Below, in pieces: positions 29,035 to 37,276 of a stretch of 64,000 nt of DNA. The position numbers and the translations under genes were made by a program. Each line of letters starts with the position of its first letter. Within the stretch, counting starts at the first letter, position 1. A model generated the notes under the pieces. It was given only the letters and a program-made list of their open reading frames with translations, had not been told where the DNA came from and did not search any database. The stretch comes from an uncultured Candidatus Saccharibacteria bacterium (GTDB taxonomy: Bacteria; Patescibacteriota; Minisyncoccia; UBA6257; JAUSGH01): contig CAYHUD010000002.1 of NCBI GenBank assembly GCA_964360025.1, positions 3,602 through 67,601 on the forward strand, written 5' to 3'.

Positions 29035-29997
29035 ATGAGAGAGCTTAACGTGGACTCGCGTCCTTTTGTGCGCGGGATGCAGATTGGTTGTTTGTGTAAA
29101 GACGTCATTCATCGCAATATCGCGCGTTATCGGGACGAGCTGGATAGGGTCAAAAAGAATCACGCGGAGTTTCTTGGAGAACTCTATTCTCGTCTCTATA
29201 AAATGCATTCCGTTGCGATTCAAGAGCTTCTGGGCATGGCTAATGGTTCGCAGACGGTTTTCATGGACATTTTTCTTTTGAATTATCCGGAGATGTGGGG
29301 CGGGGAATCCGGCTGCACGACTGTTGCCATCCGCAACCAGTCGGGGGCGTTCATTGTCCACAACGAAGACGAAGAGAACTGGCGGCGGCCTGATGACTAT
29401 GTTCTGGTGCGGGCGATGGGCGAGGATGGTCGCCCGATTTTCAGCGCCATTTGCACTCCGCCGGAACTTCCCGGCAACGCAGCTTCTTGGAACAAGAATT
29501 TTTTCTTTTCCGTTGATTGTATGACGCCGTTCCCAAAACGGACATTGAATGACAAAAACACCCCGCGTTTTTTTGAAGCGCGAAAGCTTTTAGAGCAGTC
29601 CTCGCTTGAAGATGCTCTGGTGGTTTTGGACAGTGATGCTTCAGCTTCTGCTTTTCATTATCTTTTCGGAGAGTTTGGAAGCGGGGTGATCTTCTCCGTG
29701 GAGAAATTCTATGAAGAGATGAGCGTGTACGCGGTTGAAGATTTTTTCTATCATACAAATCACCCCACACACAAAGCTTTTTCTCAACTAGATCGTGCTC
29801 GGTTTTCGCCCAACAGCGTCGCGAGGATGATGACGGTAAAGGCCAAAATCAAGAAGTCCATGAGGTTGCCGGAAGTTGTGTCGGCAATGCTCCACCATCT
29901 GCGGCGACCTATTGATGGAAACGATAGTTCTCAAACTTTCGCAACTATTTTTGCCGACTTGAAAAGCCGGAAAGTGTCTTTGGTTGATGAGTTTTAA
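29035..29997 (+). CDS. C45-family autoproteolytic Ntn-hydrolase/acyltransferase
   Basis: ELLGMA.G, GCTT nucleophile motif, HNED, HTNH, S..R. Confidence 0.8.
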   Translation: MRELNVDSRPFVRGMQIGCLCKDVIHRNIARYRDELDRVKKNHAEFLGELYSRLYKMHSVAIQELLGMANGSQTVFMDIFLLNYPEMWGGESGCTTVAIRNQSGAFIVHNEDEENWRRPDDYVLVRAMGEDGRPIFSAICTPPELPGNAASWNKNFFFSVDCMTPFPKRTLNDKNTPRFFEARKLLEQSSLEDALVVLDSDASASAFHYLFGEFGSGVIFSVEKFYEEMSVYAVEDFFYHTNHPTHKAFSQLDRARFSPNSVARMMTVKAKIKKSMRLPEVVSAMLHHLRRPIDGNDSSQTFATIFADLKSRKVSLVDEF

Positions 29998-30079
29998 CTG
30001 TCTACTAACGCGAACGATCGTTTGAGATAGTAGACATTTAGAATGGAGACAAAGGGAGACGTTGGTTAAATGATGGGCC

Positions 30080-30108
30080 TTGACAATAAAATACCGCTCT
30101 GCTATACT
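30080..30108 (+). promoter_or_regulatory. Strong sigma70 promoter with no downstream ORF
   Basis: TTGACA(30080-85)-17bp-TATACT(30103-08), with extended -10 TGc. Confidence 0.8.
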
Positions 30109-30115
30109 TACTTTT

Positions 30116-30447
30116 ACGTTGGGTGGTCTAGGCGTAGCGGCAAGCTGTGCTGAAAGCTAGGACTGACGGGTGAACTCCGGCAAGTACGCTCTGGTAGGCG
30201 GAAAGCGGGGGGTGGCCTAGAGAGGCCCAATAGCCCCCTCGGTCCCAGTGACCATCCGACCTAAAATTAGTTCTTTTTCCTCCTCTCCTCCGGGGATTCT
30301 GCTATTCCCCTCCAAGCGCACCGTGGCACCTTCGTAGTGCCCATGCTTGGACTAGGATACGATCCGCAAGGCGGATCGTAAATAACCTCTCTCAAGTGAC
30401 TCGTTGCCCTCGGGCAGTTCGCTCACTTGACCGGAGGTTGTTTTTTT
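30116..30447 (+). ncRNA. Unassigned structured non-coding RNA candidate
   Basis: GC-rich, ORF-less, promoter upstream; 11-bp closing helix 30118-28/30250-60; many further stems; terminal hairpin plus T7 at 30441-47. Confidence 0.65.
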
Positions 30448-30516
30448 ATTGAGCTTTCTGAACTTTCCACCCCCCTCATAAAAGATGAATAGCTTTGCGT
30501 ATTGTTATGCACAAAA

Positions 30517-30978
30517 CTATATATCGCGTCTCATCCTTAACTTATATTCAAAAAACCCCAACGACTTCCATAGGACGATTCCCGTTTCATTGCGCGCGTC
30601 AACACTTAGCTCAATATTTTTGATATTTTTCATTTTAAACCACTCCTCAAGGCGTAAAAAAAGTTCCTCGGCAATTTTTTGGCGGCGATAGGCCTCTTCC
30701 ACAAAAACATCATTTAAAACCCCGATCTTTTTAACATTGGCGTAATACGGCGCCTCTTCTATTCCGCCGCGTATATAGGCGATGACACTTCCGTTATCCT
30801 CGGCGATAAATACCGCGATATTTTTATCGTCAAACCAATCAGCGATACGTTCTTCCAGATCCTTATACTCCGCTGCCGCCTTATAGTATTCGTCTAACCG
30901 ATGGTGGAGATCAACCAGTTTTTTAACTAATTTTAAAATTGTCGTTGTGTCGCTCGCTTCGGCTTTGTGAATAATCAT
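30517..30978 (-). CDS. GNAT-family N-acetyltransferase
   Basis: VFV..AYRRQKIA..L, L.VDARNE.G..LW.SLGF. Confidence 0.9.
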   Translation of the reverse strand: MIIHKAEASDTTTILKLVKKLVDLHHRLDEYYKAAAEYKDLEERIADWFDDKNIAVFIAEDNGSVIAYIRGGIEEAPYYANVKKIGVLNDVFVEEAYRRQKIAEELFLRLEEWFKMKNIKNIELSVDARNETGIVLWKSLGFFEYKLRMRRDI

Positions 30979-30998
30979 ATATAATTAATATCACATCC

Positions 30999-32117
30999 AT
31001 GCGAGAAGAAGAAATAATCATCGTCGGAGCCGGACTGTCTGGTTTGGGTTGCGCCAAACGTCTTTTTGAGAACGGTAAAAAGTTTAAAATAATTTCAGAG
31101 GATATCGGCGGAAGAGTGCTCACCTCGCCCGATGGTGATGTGAATTATGGCGCCTATTATATCACCGAAGACTGTAGGAATATTAAACCCTACGTGGAGA
31201 GCGTCCGTATAATGGATCTCGGAGATTATCATTTCCACGAAAACGGCAAGGATTATCACCTTTCTCTTTGGAATATGATGCGGCACGGGAGCGCGCTCCT
31301 GCGTCTCTGGAGCGACCTCCGTGAATTTCGTAAGCATTTCAATGCCATGCGAGTTAGATCGCTTGATGAATCCCGCGAAAAACTGATTGAAGCCGACCCG
31401 GTGCTCTGTAAATATTATCATGGCAAAGCAGGGGATTATATTAAAGAAAGGGGCCTTGAGAAGCTGACACGGGAATTTTTAGAGCAGGCGCTGTGGGGGT
31501 CGTTTTTCGTTGACTGTAGAACTGTTCCGACCTTTATTTTCCTGCAATGTCTAATTCCCATGATCGTGCCAACGTATTCTTTTAAAATGAATTTTCCGAA
31601 AATTATGGCCGGCTTTGATGACGCCTTCGTCAAAGATTCTGTCCTTGGTATTTCAAAAACCGGAGACGGCTTTGAATTAAATGCAAAAAGCGGAGATGTT
31701 TATCGCGCTAAAAGATTGGTTCTTGCTACGCCCATGACTGTGACTAATAAGCTTATTGCGCCCCAAAAAATCAAAGGGACAATAAACTGCTCCTTTATGC
31801 ACGTGCGGGGTAAAATCAAACCGCAATATGATGTTAGGGGATATAACTTTTTTGGACTTACCGAGAAAGCCGCCATTTCCAAAGAAACTGATGGGACATT
31901 TCTTTATTTTTATACCAAAGGAAACAAGATAAGCCAATACTTTGATAGCTGGCAAGTAATTACGGCAAAATCCTGGGATCCAGCTCTGATGCTTTTGGGT
32001 GACGATTATGTAAATCATAACCCCGCCCCCGGTTTGTATCTTGCAAACGATCACGATGTGGCCTCCACCGAAGACGCTTTTATCAGCGGTATGCAGATAG
32101 GAAAACTTATATTATGA
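30999..32117 (+). CDS. FAD-dependent oxidoreductase (amine oxidase/protoporphyrinogen oxidase-like)
   Basis: IVGAGLSGL.CA, IGGRV.T, LVLATP, EDAFISG. Confidence 0.8.
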   Translation: MREEEIIIVGAGLSGLGCAKRLFENGKKFKIISEDIGGRVLTSPDGDVNYGAYYITEDCRNIKPYVESVRIMDLGDYHFHENGKDYHLSLWNMMRHGSALLRLWSDLREFRKHFNAMRVRSLDESREKLIEADPVLCKYYHGKAGDYIKERGLEKLTREFLEQALWGSFFVDCRTVPTFIFLQCLIPMIVPTYSFKMNFPKIMAGFDDAFVKDSVLGISKTGDGFELNAKSGDVYRAKRLVLATPMTVTNKLIAPQKIKGTINCSFMHVRGKIKPQYDVRGYNFFGLTEKAAISKETDGTFLYFYTKGNKISQYFDSWQVITAKSWDPALMLLGDDYVNHNPAPGLYLANDHDVASTEDAFISGMQIGKLIL

Positions 32118-32145
32118 TATAATATATTTATAATCAATTAAAAAT

Positions 32146-32415
32146 ATGCAATTAAATAAACAAAAATTTTCGTTAGCGGCAGGAGCGGCGATGGGCATTA
32201 TTTATATTGTTTGCGCGGTATTTGTATTTTTTTGGCCGGACTTTTCTCTAAAATTATTTGGCTGGCTTGTTCACCTCGTTAATGTTGATAAATTTGCCGG
32301 AGACGTGGCTATTACTTCAACAGGATTTTTGGTAGGATTTTTGCAGGCAGTAGTGTATACATATGTTGGTGCGTGGATATTTGCTTGGTTGCATAACAAG
32401 TTTGTACAATCTTAG
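32146..32415 (+). CDS. Small membrane protein (DUF5676-like)
   Basis: Y.VCA.F...P, W..H, GF......Y...W.FAWLHN. Confidence 0.7.
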   Translation: MQLNKQKFSLAAGAAMGIIYIVCAVFVFFWPDFSLKLFGWLVHLVNVDKFAGDVAITSTGFLVGFLQAVVYTYVGAWIFAWLHNKFVQS

Positions 32416-32418
32416 AAA

Positions 32419-32895
32419 ATGGGAAAAAGTCAAAAAATGATTTTGGGTCTTCTGCGGTTCGCGCTCGGCATTCTTTATTTCTATGCCGGTATTACCAAGA
32501 TTTTAAATCCGGAGTGGACGTCCAAAGGATATTTATTAAGCGCCAAAACTTTTACAGCATTTTACGCGTGGCTCGCCAGCCCCTCTATGCTGCCGATCAC
32601 GGATTTTATGAATGAGTGGGGGCTGACGCTTCTCGGTGTTTCTTTAATCCTCGGGGTTTTTGTTCGCTTAAGTTCTGTTTTGGGAGCTCTTATGATGATT
32701 TTATATTATTTCCCGATCCTGGATTTCCCTTATGTCGGCGCCCACTCTTTTCTAGTTGACGAGCATATTGTCTACGCTTTGGTTCTCCTGTATTTTGCCG
32801 CCGTTCGCGCCGGTAGGGTATATGGTTTAGAAAATTGGTGTTCCAATCTTTTGATTTGTTCTAAGCATCCTCGTTTGCGTGAATGGTTGGGGTAG
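32419..32895 (+). CDS. DoxX-family membrane protein
   Basis: LR..LG....AG..K, WG..L.G..L.LG...R, VDEH..Y, AGR.YGL. Confidence 0.88.
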   Translation: MGKSQKMILGLLRFALGILYFYAGITKILNPEWTSKGYLLSAKTFTAFYAWLASPSMLPITDFMNEWGLTLLGVSLILGVFVRLSSVLGALMMILYYFPILDFPYVGAHSFLVDEHIVYALVLLYFAAVRAGRVYGLENWCSNLLICSKHPRLREWLG

Positions 32896-32909
32896 AAAGA
32901 TCTCCAGAA

Positions 32910-33677
32910 TTAGATTATCTCTATTCCAACCGGGCAATGATCAGATCCGCGCACCCCCGGTAGAATAAAGGCGCTTTTAAGTTTTGAGGAAAAAGCTCTT
33001 GAGACAAAAATATAATCCAGGCGCCAACCAAGGTTTCTTTCGCGTGCTTCGTAAGCATAGGGCCACCAAGTATAACCTCCATTTTTGTTATCGAATTTTC
33101 TGAAAGAATCCACAAATCCCATAGAAAGCAACTCGCTGATTTTATCGCGTTCTTCGGGGGTGAACATTGTATTGTTCTGATTTTCTTTCGGTCTAGCTAA
33201 ATCCATCTCGGTATGGGCGATGTTAAAATCCCCGGTAAGAATAATATTTGTTTCCTTAATTTCCTTTAAGTGTTTTAAAAGTTGGTTATAAACCTCCAGC
33301 TTGTAGGGCAGGTTTTCTTTAATCCTGCCACCATGGGGGATATAGAGATTGATTAAGGTAAATTCTGGATATTTTAATTCTAAAATACGCCCCTCTTCGT
33401 CAAACCTGCTCAAGATCAATCTATCCTTAATGGAAACAGGTTGTTTTTTGGTTAAAACCGCTACGCCGCTATAGCCGGGTTTGTTAGCGGGATTGGAATA
33501 GAAATGATATTGAGGCGTGGTAAACAAACCAGTCGGGAAAAGTTCTTCTAAATTATTTTTTTGCGCTTTGATCTCCTGTAAACAAACGATGTCGGGATTG
33601 ATTGTCTCTACGGATTTCCAAAAACCCTTTTTATGTGCCGAGCGAATTCCATTAACATTCCACGAAATGATTTTCAT
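32910..33677 (-). CDS. xth: Exodeoxyribonuclease III
   Basis: ISWNVNGIR, LQEIK, GYSGVA, EGR, GDFNIAH, YTWW, GWRLDY, GSDHCPV. Confidence 0.96.
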   Translation of the reverse strand: MKIISWNVNGIRSAHKKGFWKSVETINPDIVCLQEIKAQKNNLEELFPTGLFTTPQYHFYSNPANKPGYSGVAVLTKKQPVSIKDRLILSRFDEEGRILELKYPEFTLINLYIPHGGRIKENLPYKLEVYNQLLKHLKEIKETNIILTGDFNIAHTEMDLARPKENQNNTMFTPEERDKISELLSMGFVDSFRKFDNKNGGYTWWPYAYEARERNLGWRLDYIFVSRAFSSKLKSAFILPGVRGSDHCPVGIEII

Positions 33678-33708
33678 GCGATTCCGGATATTTTTTACTT
33701 TTCATTAT

Positions 33709-34992
33709 TTAAAACGAACGGCGCGGACCGAAACGGCGCGGTTTGAAACGGGACGAAGAAGAGGGACGGCGCGGGCCGAAACCACCGCCACGTCGTCCGC
33801 CAAAACCTTCGCGGCCCGGTGAAAAAGGCAGGACACCGGCACGGGGAGGGGGAAGATCGGCTGGAAGTTGGGAAACCGGCAGGGGTTTGCGGATCAATCT
33901 TTCAATCATGCGGATATCGCTAAGCTCGGTCGGCATCGCGAAGCTGATGGCGTGACCGCCGGCTCCGGCCCTAGCTGTGCGGCCGATACGGTGCACGTAG
34001 TCGTCGGGAGTTCCGGGCAGATCGTAGTTGATGACAAGTTCAATGCCCGAAACATCAATACCACGCGAGGCGATGTCAGTCGCGACAAGTATCCGGTATT
34101 TTCCTGTCTTGAATCCGTCCAGGGCCTCGCGGCGTTGATTTAGCGAGCGGTTAGAGTGAATTTCGGCGGTTGTGAGCCCCATAGCAAGAACCTGATGGGC
34201 GATTCTTTTAGCGCCGTATTTGGTGCGTGAAAAAATCAAGGTTGACCCCAGGTGTTCCAGAAGCAGTTTTTCAAGCAGGGGCATCTTTTGATCGCGGGAA
34301 ACGATAAAAAGCTCCTGCGTCACGCGTTCCGCGGTAGTTCCCGCCGGAGCCACCTCTATGCGCACTGGCAGTTTCATGTGTGTCGCCGCGATCTTCATAA
34401 TTTCAGTAGGCATTGTGGCGGAGAAAAGCATCGTCTGCCTTTCTTTAGGAAGAGCGTTAAAAATTTTCTGGATTTGCGGCGCGAAGCCCATATCCAGCAT
34501 CCTGTCGGCTTCATCTAAAACCACAACTTTTACCGCATCCAATCGGATCGTTCTTTGCTGAAGGTGATCAATGAGGCGTCCGGGAGTCGCGATCACAATA
34601 TGTGGATTGGTTGTAAGCGCCCGCAACTGCGATCCGATGTTAATGCCGCCGATTAAGACCACGGTTTTAAGGTTTAGCGCCGCGCCTACGGTTTTTAAAG
34701 CTTCATCCACCTGCAAAGCTAGTTCGCGGGTGGGGAGCACGATTAAGCCCCGTCCCTGATTTTGAGCCAGTCGCTGGATCATCGGGATACCGAAAGCCAG
34801 AGTTTTACCCGTGCCTGTTTGGGCGATGCCCACGAGATCTTTGCCCTCAATGGCGACAGGTATGGCCTGGGTCTGGATCGGGGTCGGCGTTTCGTATTTA
34901 AGCCGAGCGAGGATATCCAAAAGCATCGGCGCTACGCCTAGCGCGGCAAAATTACCCTCGGTATTCGGCGATCGTTCGTCTGATGTGTTCAT
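33709..34992 (-). CDS. DEAD-box RNA helicase (RhlE-like)
   Basis: PTPIQ, AQTGTGKT, PTRELA, TPGRL, DEAD, SAT, HRIGRTAR; RG-rich tail. Confidence 0.95.
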   Translation of the reverse strand: MNTSDERSPNTEGNFAALGVAPMLLDILARLKYETPTPIQTQAIPVAIEGKDLVGIAQTGTGKTLAFGIPMIQRLAQNQGRGLIVLPTRELALQVDEALKTVGAALNLKTVVLIGGINIGSQLRALTTNPHIVIATPGRLIDHLQQRTIRLDAVKVVVLDEADRMLDMGFAPQIQKIFNALPKERQTMLFSATMPTEIMKIAATHMKLPVRIEVAPAGTTAERVTQELFIVSRDQKMPLLEKLLLEHLGSTLIFSRTKYGAKRIAHQVLAMGLTTAEIHSNRSLNQRREALDGFKTGKYRILVATDIASRGIDVSGIELVINYDLPGTPDDYVHRIGRTARAGAGGHAISFAMPTELSDIRMIERLIRKPLPVSQLPADLPPPRAGVLPFSPGREGFGGRRGGGFGPRRPSSSSRFKPRRFGPRRSF

Positions 34993-35084
34993 GGTGTTAT
35001 TCTACAACAATTTCACTATTTTATCAACTACCCGTAACAATCGATTGGGTTTATGCAATGTGGCTGTGTCTCCTGATAAGCTTT

Positions 35085-35459
35085 TTACAGCGGCGTTTTA
35101 GTGGATTGGTAATATTCTCGGAGAGAGCTGAATAAGTTACCACTGGTTTCAAAGATAGCCACTTCTTTTAACGTTACTTGCAAATTGCGTTTGATATCGC
35201 GGAAGGAGGCATGCCATTCGGCGATAACAGTTTTGTCTTCAAGCCAGATATTTTTTAAGTCAAAGGTAATATTGTCTTGTTCCCCAACAACTTTGTTTTG
35301 CCAATAAGCGCGAATAGCCTCACGGCCGATGTTTTCCGGCTCATGCGGATCGTTATACGCGGCGTTATCAGTAAAAATTGTAACGATTAGGTCGGGATTT
35401 TTGGTGACCCAAGCACGTCCATAAATTTCTAACAATTCAAGGGCTTTTTGTTTAGTCAT
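35085..35459 (-). CDS. NTF2/SnoaL-like protein
   Basis: Y.RAW...NP.....FT..A.Y.DP....GREAI..YW, EW, REY; start moved to ATG 35459. Confidence 0.85.
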   Translation of the reverse strand: MTKQKALELLEIYGRAWVTKNPDLIVTIFTDNAAYNDPHEPENIGREAIRAYWQNKVVGEQDNITFDLKNIWLEDKTVIAEWHASFRDIKRNLQVTLKEVAIFETSGNLFSSLREYYQSTKTPL

Positions 35460-35532
35460 GGCTGCGGGACCTGGATTCGAACCAAGATACTCGCCTTCAG
35501 AGGGCGATGTCCTACCATTAGACGATCCCGCA
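35459..35532 (-). tRNA. tRNA-Gln(CTG) with encoded CCA
   Basis: Minus strand TGCGGGA...TCGCC-CTCTGAA-GGCGA...GGTTCGAATCC..TCCCGCA-G-CCA. Confidence 0.95.
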
Positions 35533-35656
35533 ATCTGCTTCTGAATATTACCAATTATACCGGGAAAACAGGATTTAGACAATAGATAACGAGAACAAAA
35601 AAAACCGATAGCGACGCGCGCAATCGGCTTATTTCTTCCGTAAAACATTCGTTGAC

Positions 35657-36475
35657 TTAGTTTTCCTCTATTTTTGTTTTCCGTATTGCTTCTTGGATTG
35701 CTTCCGGATATTCCGGGCTATGTGGGCTAGTCTTTTTCGCGGCTTCTCTCATAACGTTGGCCCGGGGGTCGTTTTCTGGTGGGTTATAGGTCTCTACTTC
35801 TTCGGTGAACTCTGAGAGTGGCGGCAACTTTTTCCGACCCATAAATTGAACCAATTCTTTGTAGGCTTCTTCTACTGTATTGCCCGGACAGGAGCAGTCG
35901 CACCACGCGGCGTTTTTGAAAGGAACCTGACGGGCGGAGCAAACAAAATTGCCGAGCCAAGTTTTTTCCCAAGTCGTTTTTTTCCAGACGGGTCCGATGT
36001 CATAAGCCCTTTCCCAGCCGGGGAATAACAGAAAAAACCCGCGTTTACGCATAAATCTTACTTGTTTCCCGGGTGTAAGCGCTGATACCCACGGAGAGTT
36101 TTGTGGAACGTCTACAAACGCTACTCTTTGAGGAAAACAACCTACTTCTGTAAGTTTAACGCACAGAGTCGGATTGTAACTGAACTTTGTCCTAATATAT
36201 TCTTCTATTTCGTTCACTTCCCAGACTACGTCACTTAATATTGAGAGTTCTTTTCTCGCGTAAATCAACCACTGGTCACAGATCTGATAAACGAGTAACG
36301 AAAAAGCACAAAAAAGGAAAATGTCAGAAAAATCTAACGATTCATGATGTGTCAAATAGCGTAATCCAAAAGCTATCAAAGAGCTAGTTAAAGACCAGAC
36401 GAGAATCAGTAGTAAATGGCGGAGAAAGTTCTCATCCAGAAGACGATCATCAAAGAAGGAGTCGCGTTTAGGCAT
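35657..36475 (-). CDS. Hypothetical membrane protein
   Basis: Two N-terminal TM helices; promoter TTGACT-17-TAAAGT and SD AGGAG before ATG 36475. Confidence 0.6.
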   Translation of the reverse strand: MPKRDSFFDDRLLDENFLRHLLLILVWSLTSSLIAFGLRYLTHHESLDFSDIFLFCAFSLLVYQICDQWLIYARKELSILSDVVWEVNEIEEYIRTKFSYNPTLCVKLTEVGCFPQRVAFVDVPQNSPWVSALTPGKQVRFMRKRGFFLLFPGWERAYDIGPVWKKTTWEKTWLGNFVCSARQVPFKNAAWCDCSCPGNTVEEAYKELVQFMGRKKLPPLSEFTEEVETYNPPENDPRANVMREAAKKTSPHSPEYPEAIQEAIRKTKIEEN

Positions 36476-36584
36476 TAGCAGTCTCCTGTCTTGGGTTGTA
36501 AAAACCACCATTACTTTACTAAATAAAACGTCGTTAGTCAACGACCTTGTTTTTAGATTGAAACAAATCTAAACTTAAATATAT

Positions 36585-37265
36585 ATGAAAAACGAATTTC
36601 AGCCGGAAAAATTAAAAATTACGAAAGACCTTAAGGGGATGAGTTTAAAATCTATTCAGGAGCACTTTAAGCTTTACGAGGGTTATGTTAAAAAAACTAA
36701 CGAAATCCAAAAAAAGCTAGAAACCGCGGAAAAATCCGAGGCAAATGGAGTATACAGCGCTTACGGCGAGCTTCGCCGCCAGGAAACTTTCGCCGTCAAT
36801 GGAATGAAACTGCACGAAGTTTATTTTGGGCACCTGGGGGAGATTGCCCCGCCACAAGTTTTAAATAAGGAAGGCGGGGTCCCGCCGGAGGCGGTGACCG
36901 CGGCGTCGCAGACTCCTCCTCGCAATGACGGATTGATAAAAAAAATGATTGAGAAAGAGTTTGGGAGCGTGGAAGCGTGGAAAGAAGGGATGGTGGCGAC
37001 GGGACTTTCAGCAAGGGGATGGGCGATTTTGGCCTTTGATTTTAAAGATAATCGCTTACATATATATGGAAGCGACGCGCAAAATGTGGGCGCAGTCTGG
37101 GGCGCTATCCCGCTCGTGGCTCTGGACGTTTACGAGCACGCCTATTTTATGGATCACGGCACCAATCGCAAAGCATATTTAGAGGGTTTTTTCAAAAACC
37201 TGAACTGGGAAACCGCAAATGTTATTATTAAAGAGCATGGGCTGGATAAGAAACATAATAAATAA
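36585..37265 (+). CDS. Fe/Mn superoxide dismutase (ChrC-like) with in-frame repeat insertion
   Basis: EH..LY.GY, NG..LHE.YF, FGS.E.W, GW..L, LDVYEHAY..D, LNW. Confidence 0.9.
   Translation: MKNEFQPEKLKITKDLKGMSLKSIQEHFKLYEGYVKKTNEIQKKLETAEKSEANGVYSAYGELRRQETFAVNGMKLHEVYFGHLGEIAPPQVLNKEGGVPPEAVTAASQTPPRNDGLIKKMIEKEFGSVEAWKEGMVATGLSARGWAILAFDFKDNRLHIYGSDAQNVGAVWGAIPLVALDVYEHAYFMDHGTNRKAYLEGFFKNLNWETANVIIKEHGLDKKHNK
36840..36931. repeat. Nested palindromic repeat inserted in frame in SOD
   Basis: GAGATTGCC...CCTCGCAATGAC arms enclosing CCCCGCC..GGCGGGG and CCGCC-GGA-GGCGG hairpins. Confidence 0.7.
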
Positions 37266-37276
37266 AAATATTTACA

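Noticed and set aside
29992-30071. Integron attC site after the C45 gene (TTTTAAC...GTTAAAT with a TGTCTACTA/TAGTAGACA hairpin)
   Set aside because: The left core does not fit RYYYAAC, arms do not pair along the length and no integrase is nearby; more likely a simple hairpin
30118-30447. Assignment of the RNA as tmRNA, SRP, 6S, hammerhead or group II intron
   Set aside because: No tRNA-like acceptor or T arm, no SRP helix-8 motif, not a 6S-like rod, CTGACGG is not the CUGAnGA core, and no domain V
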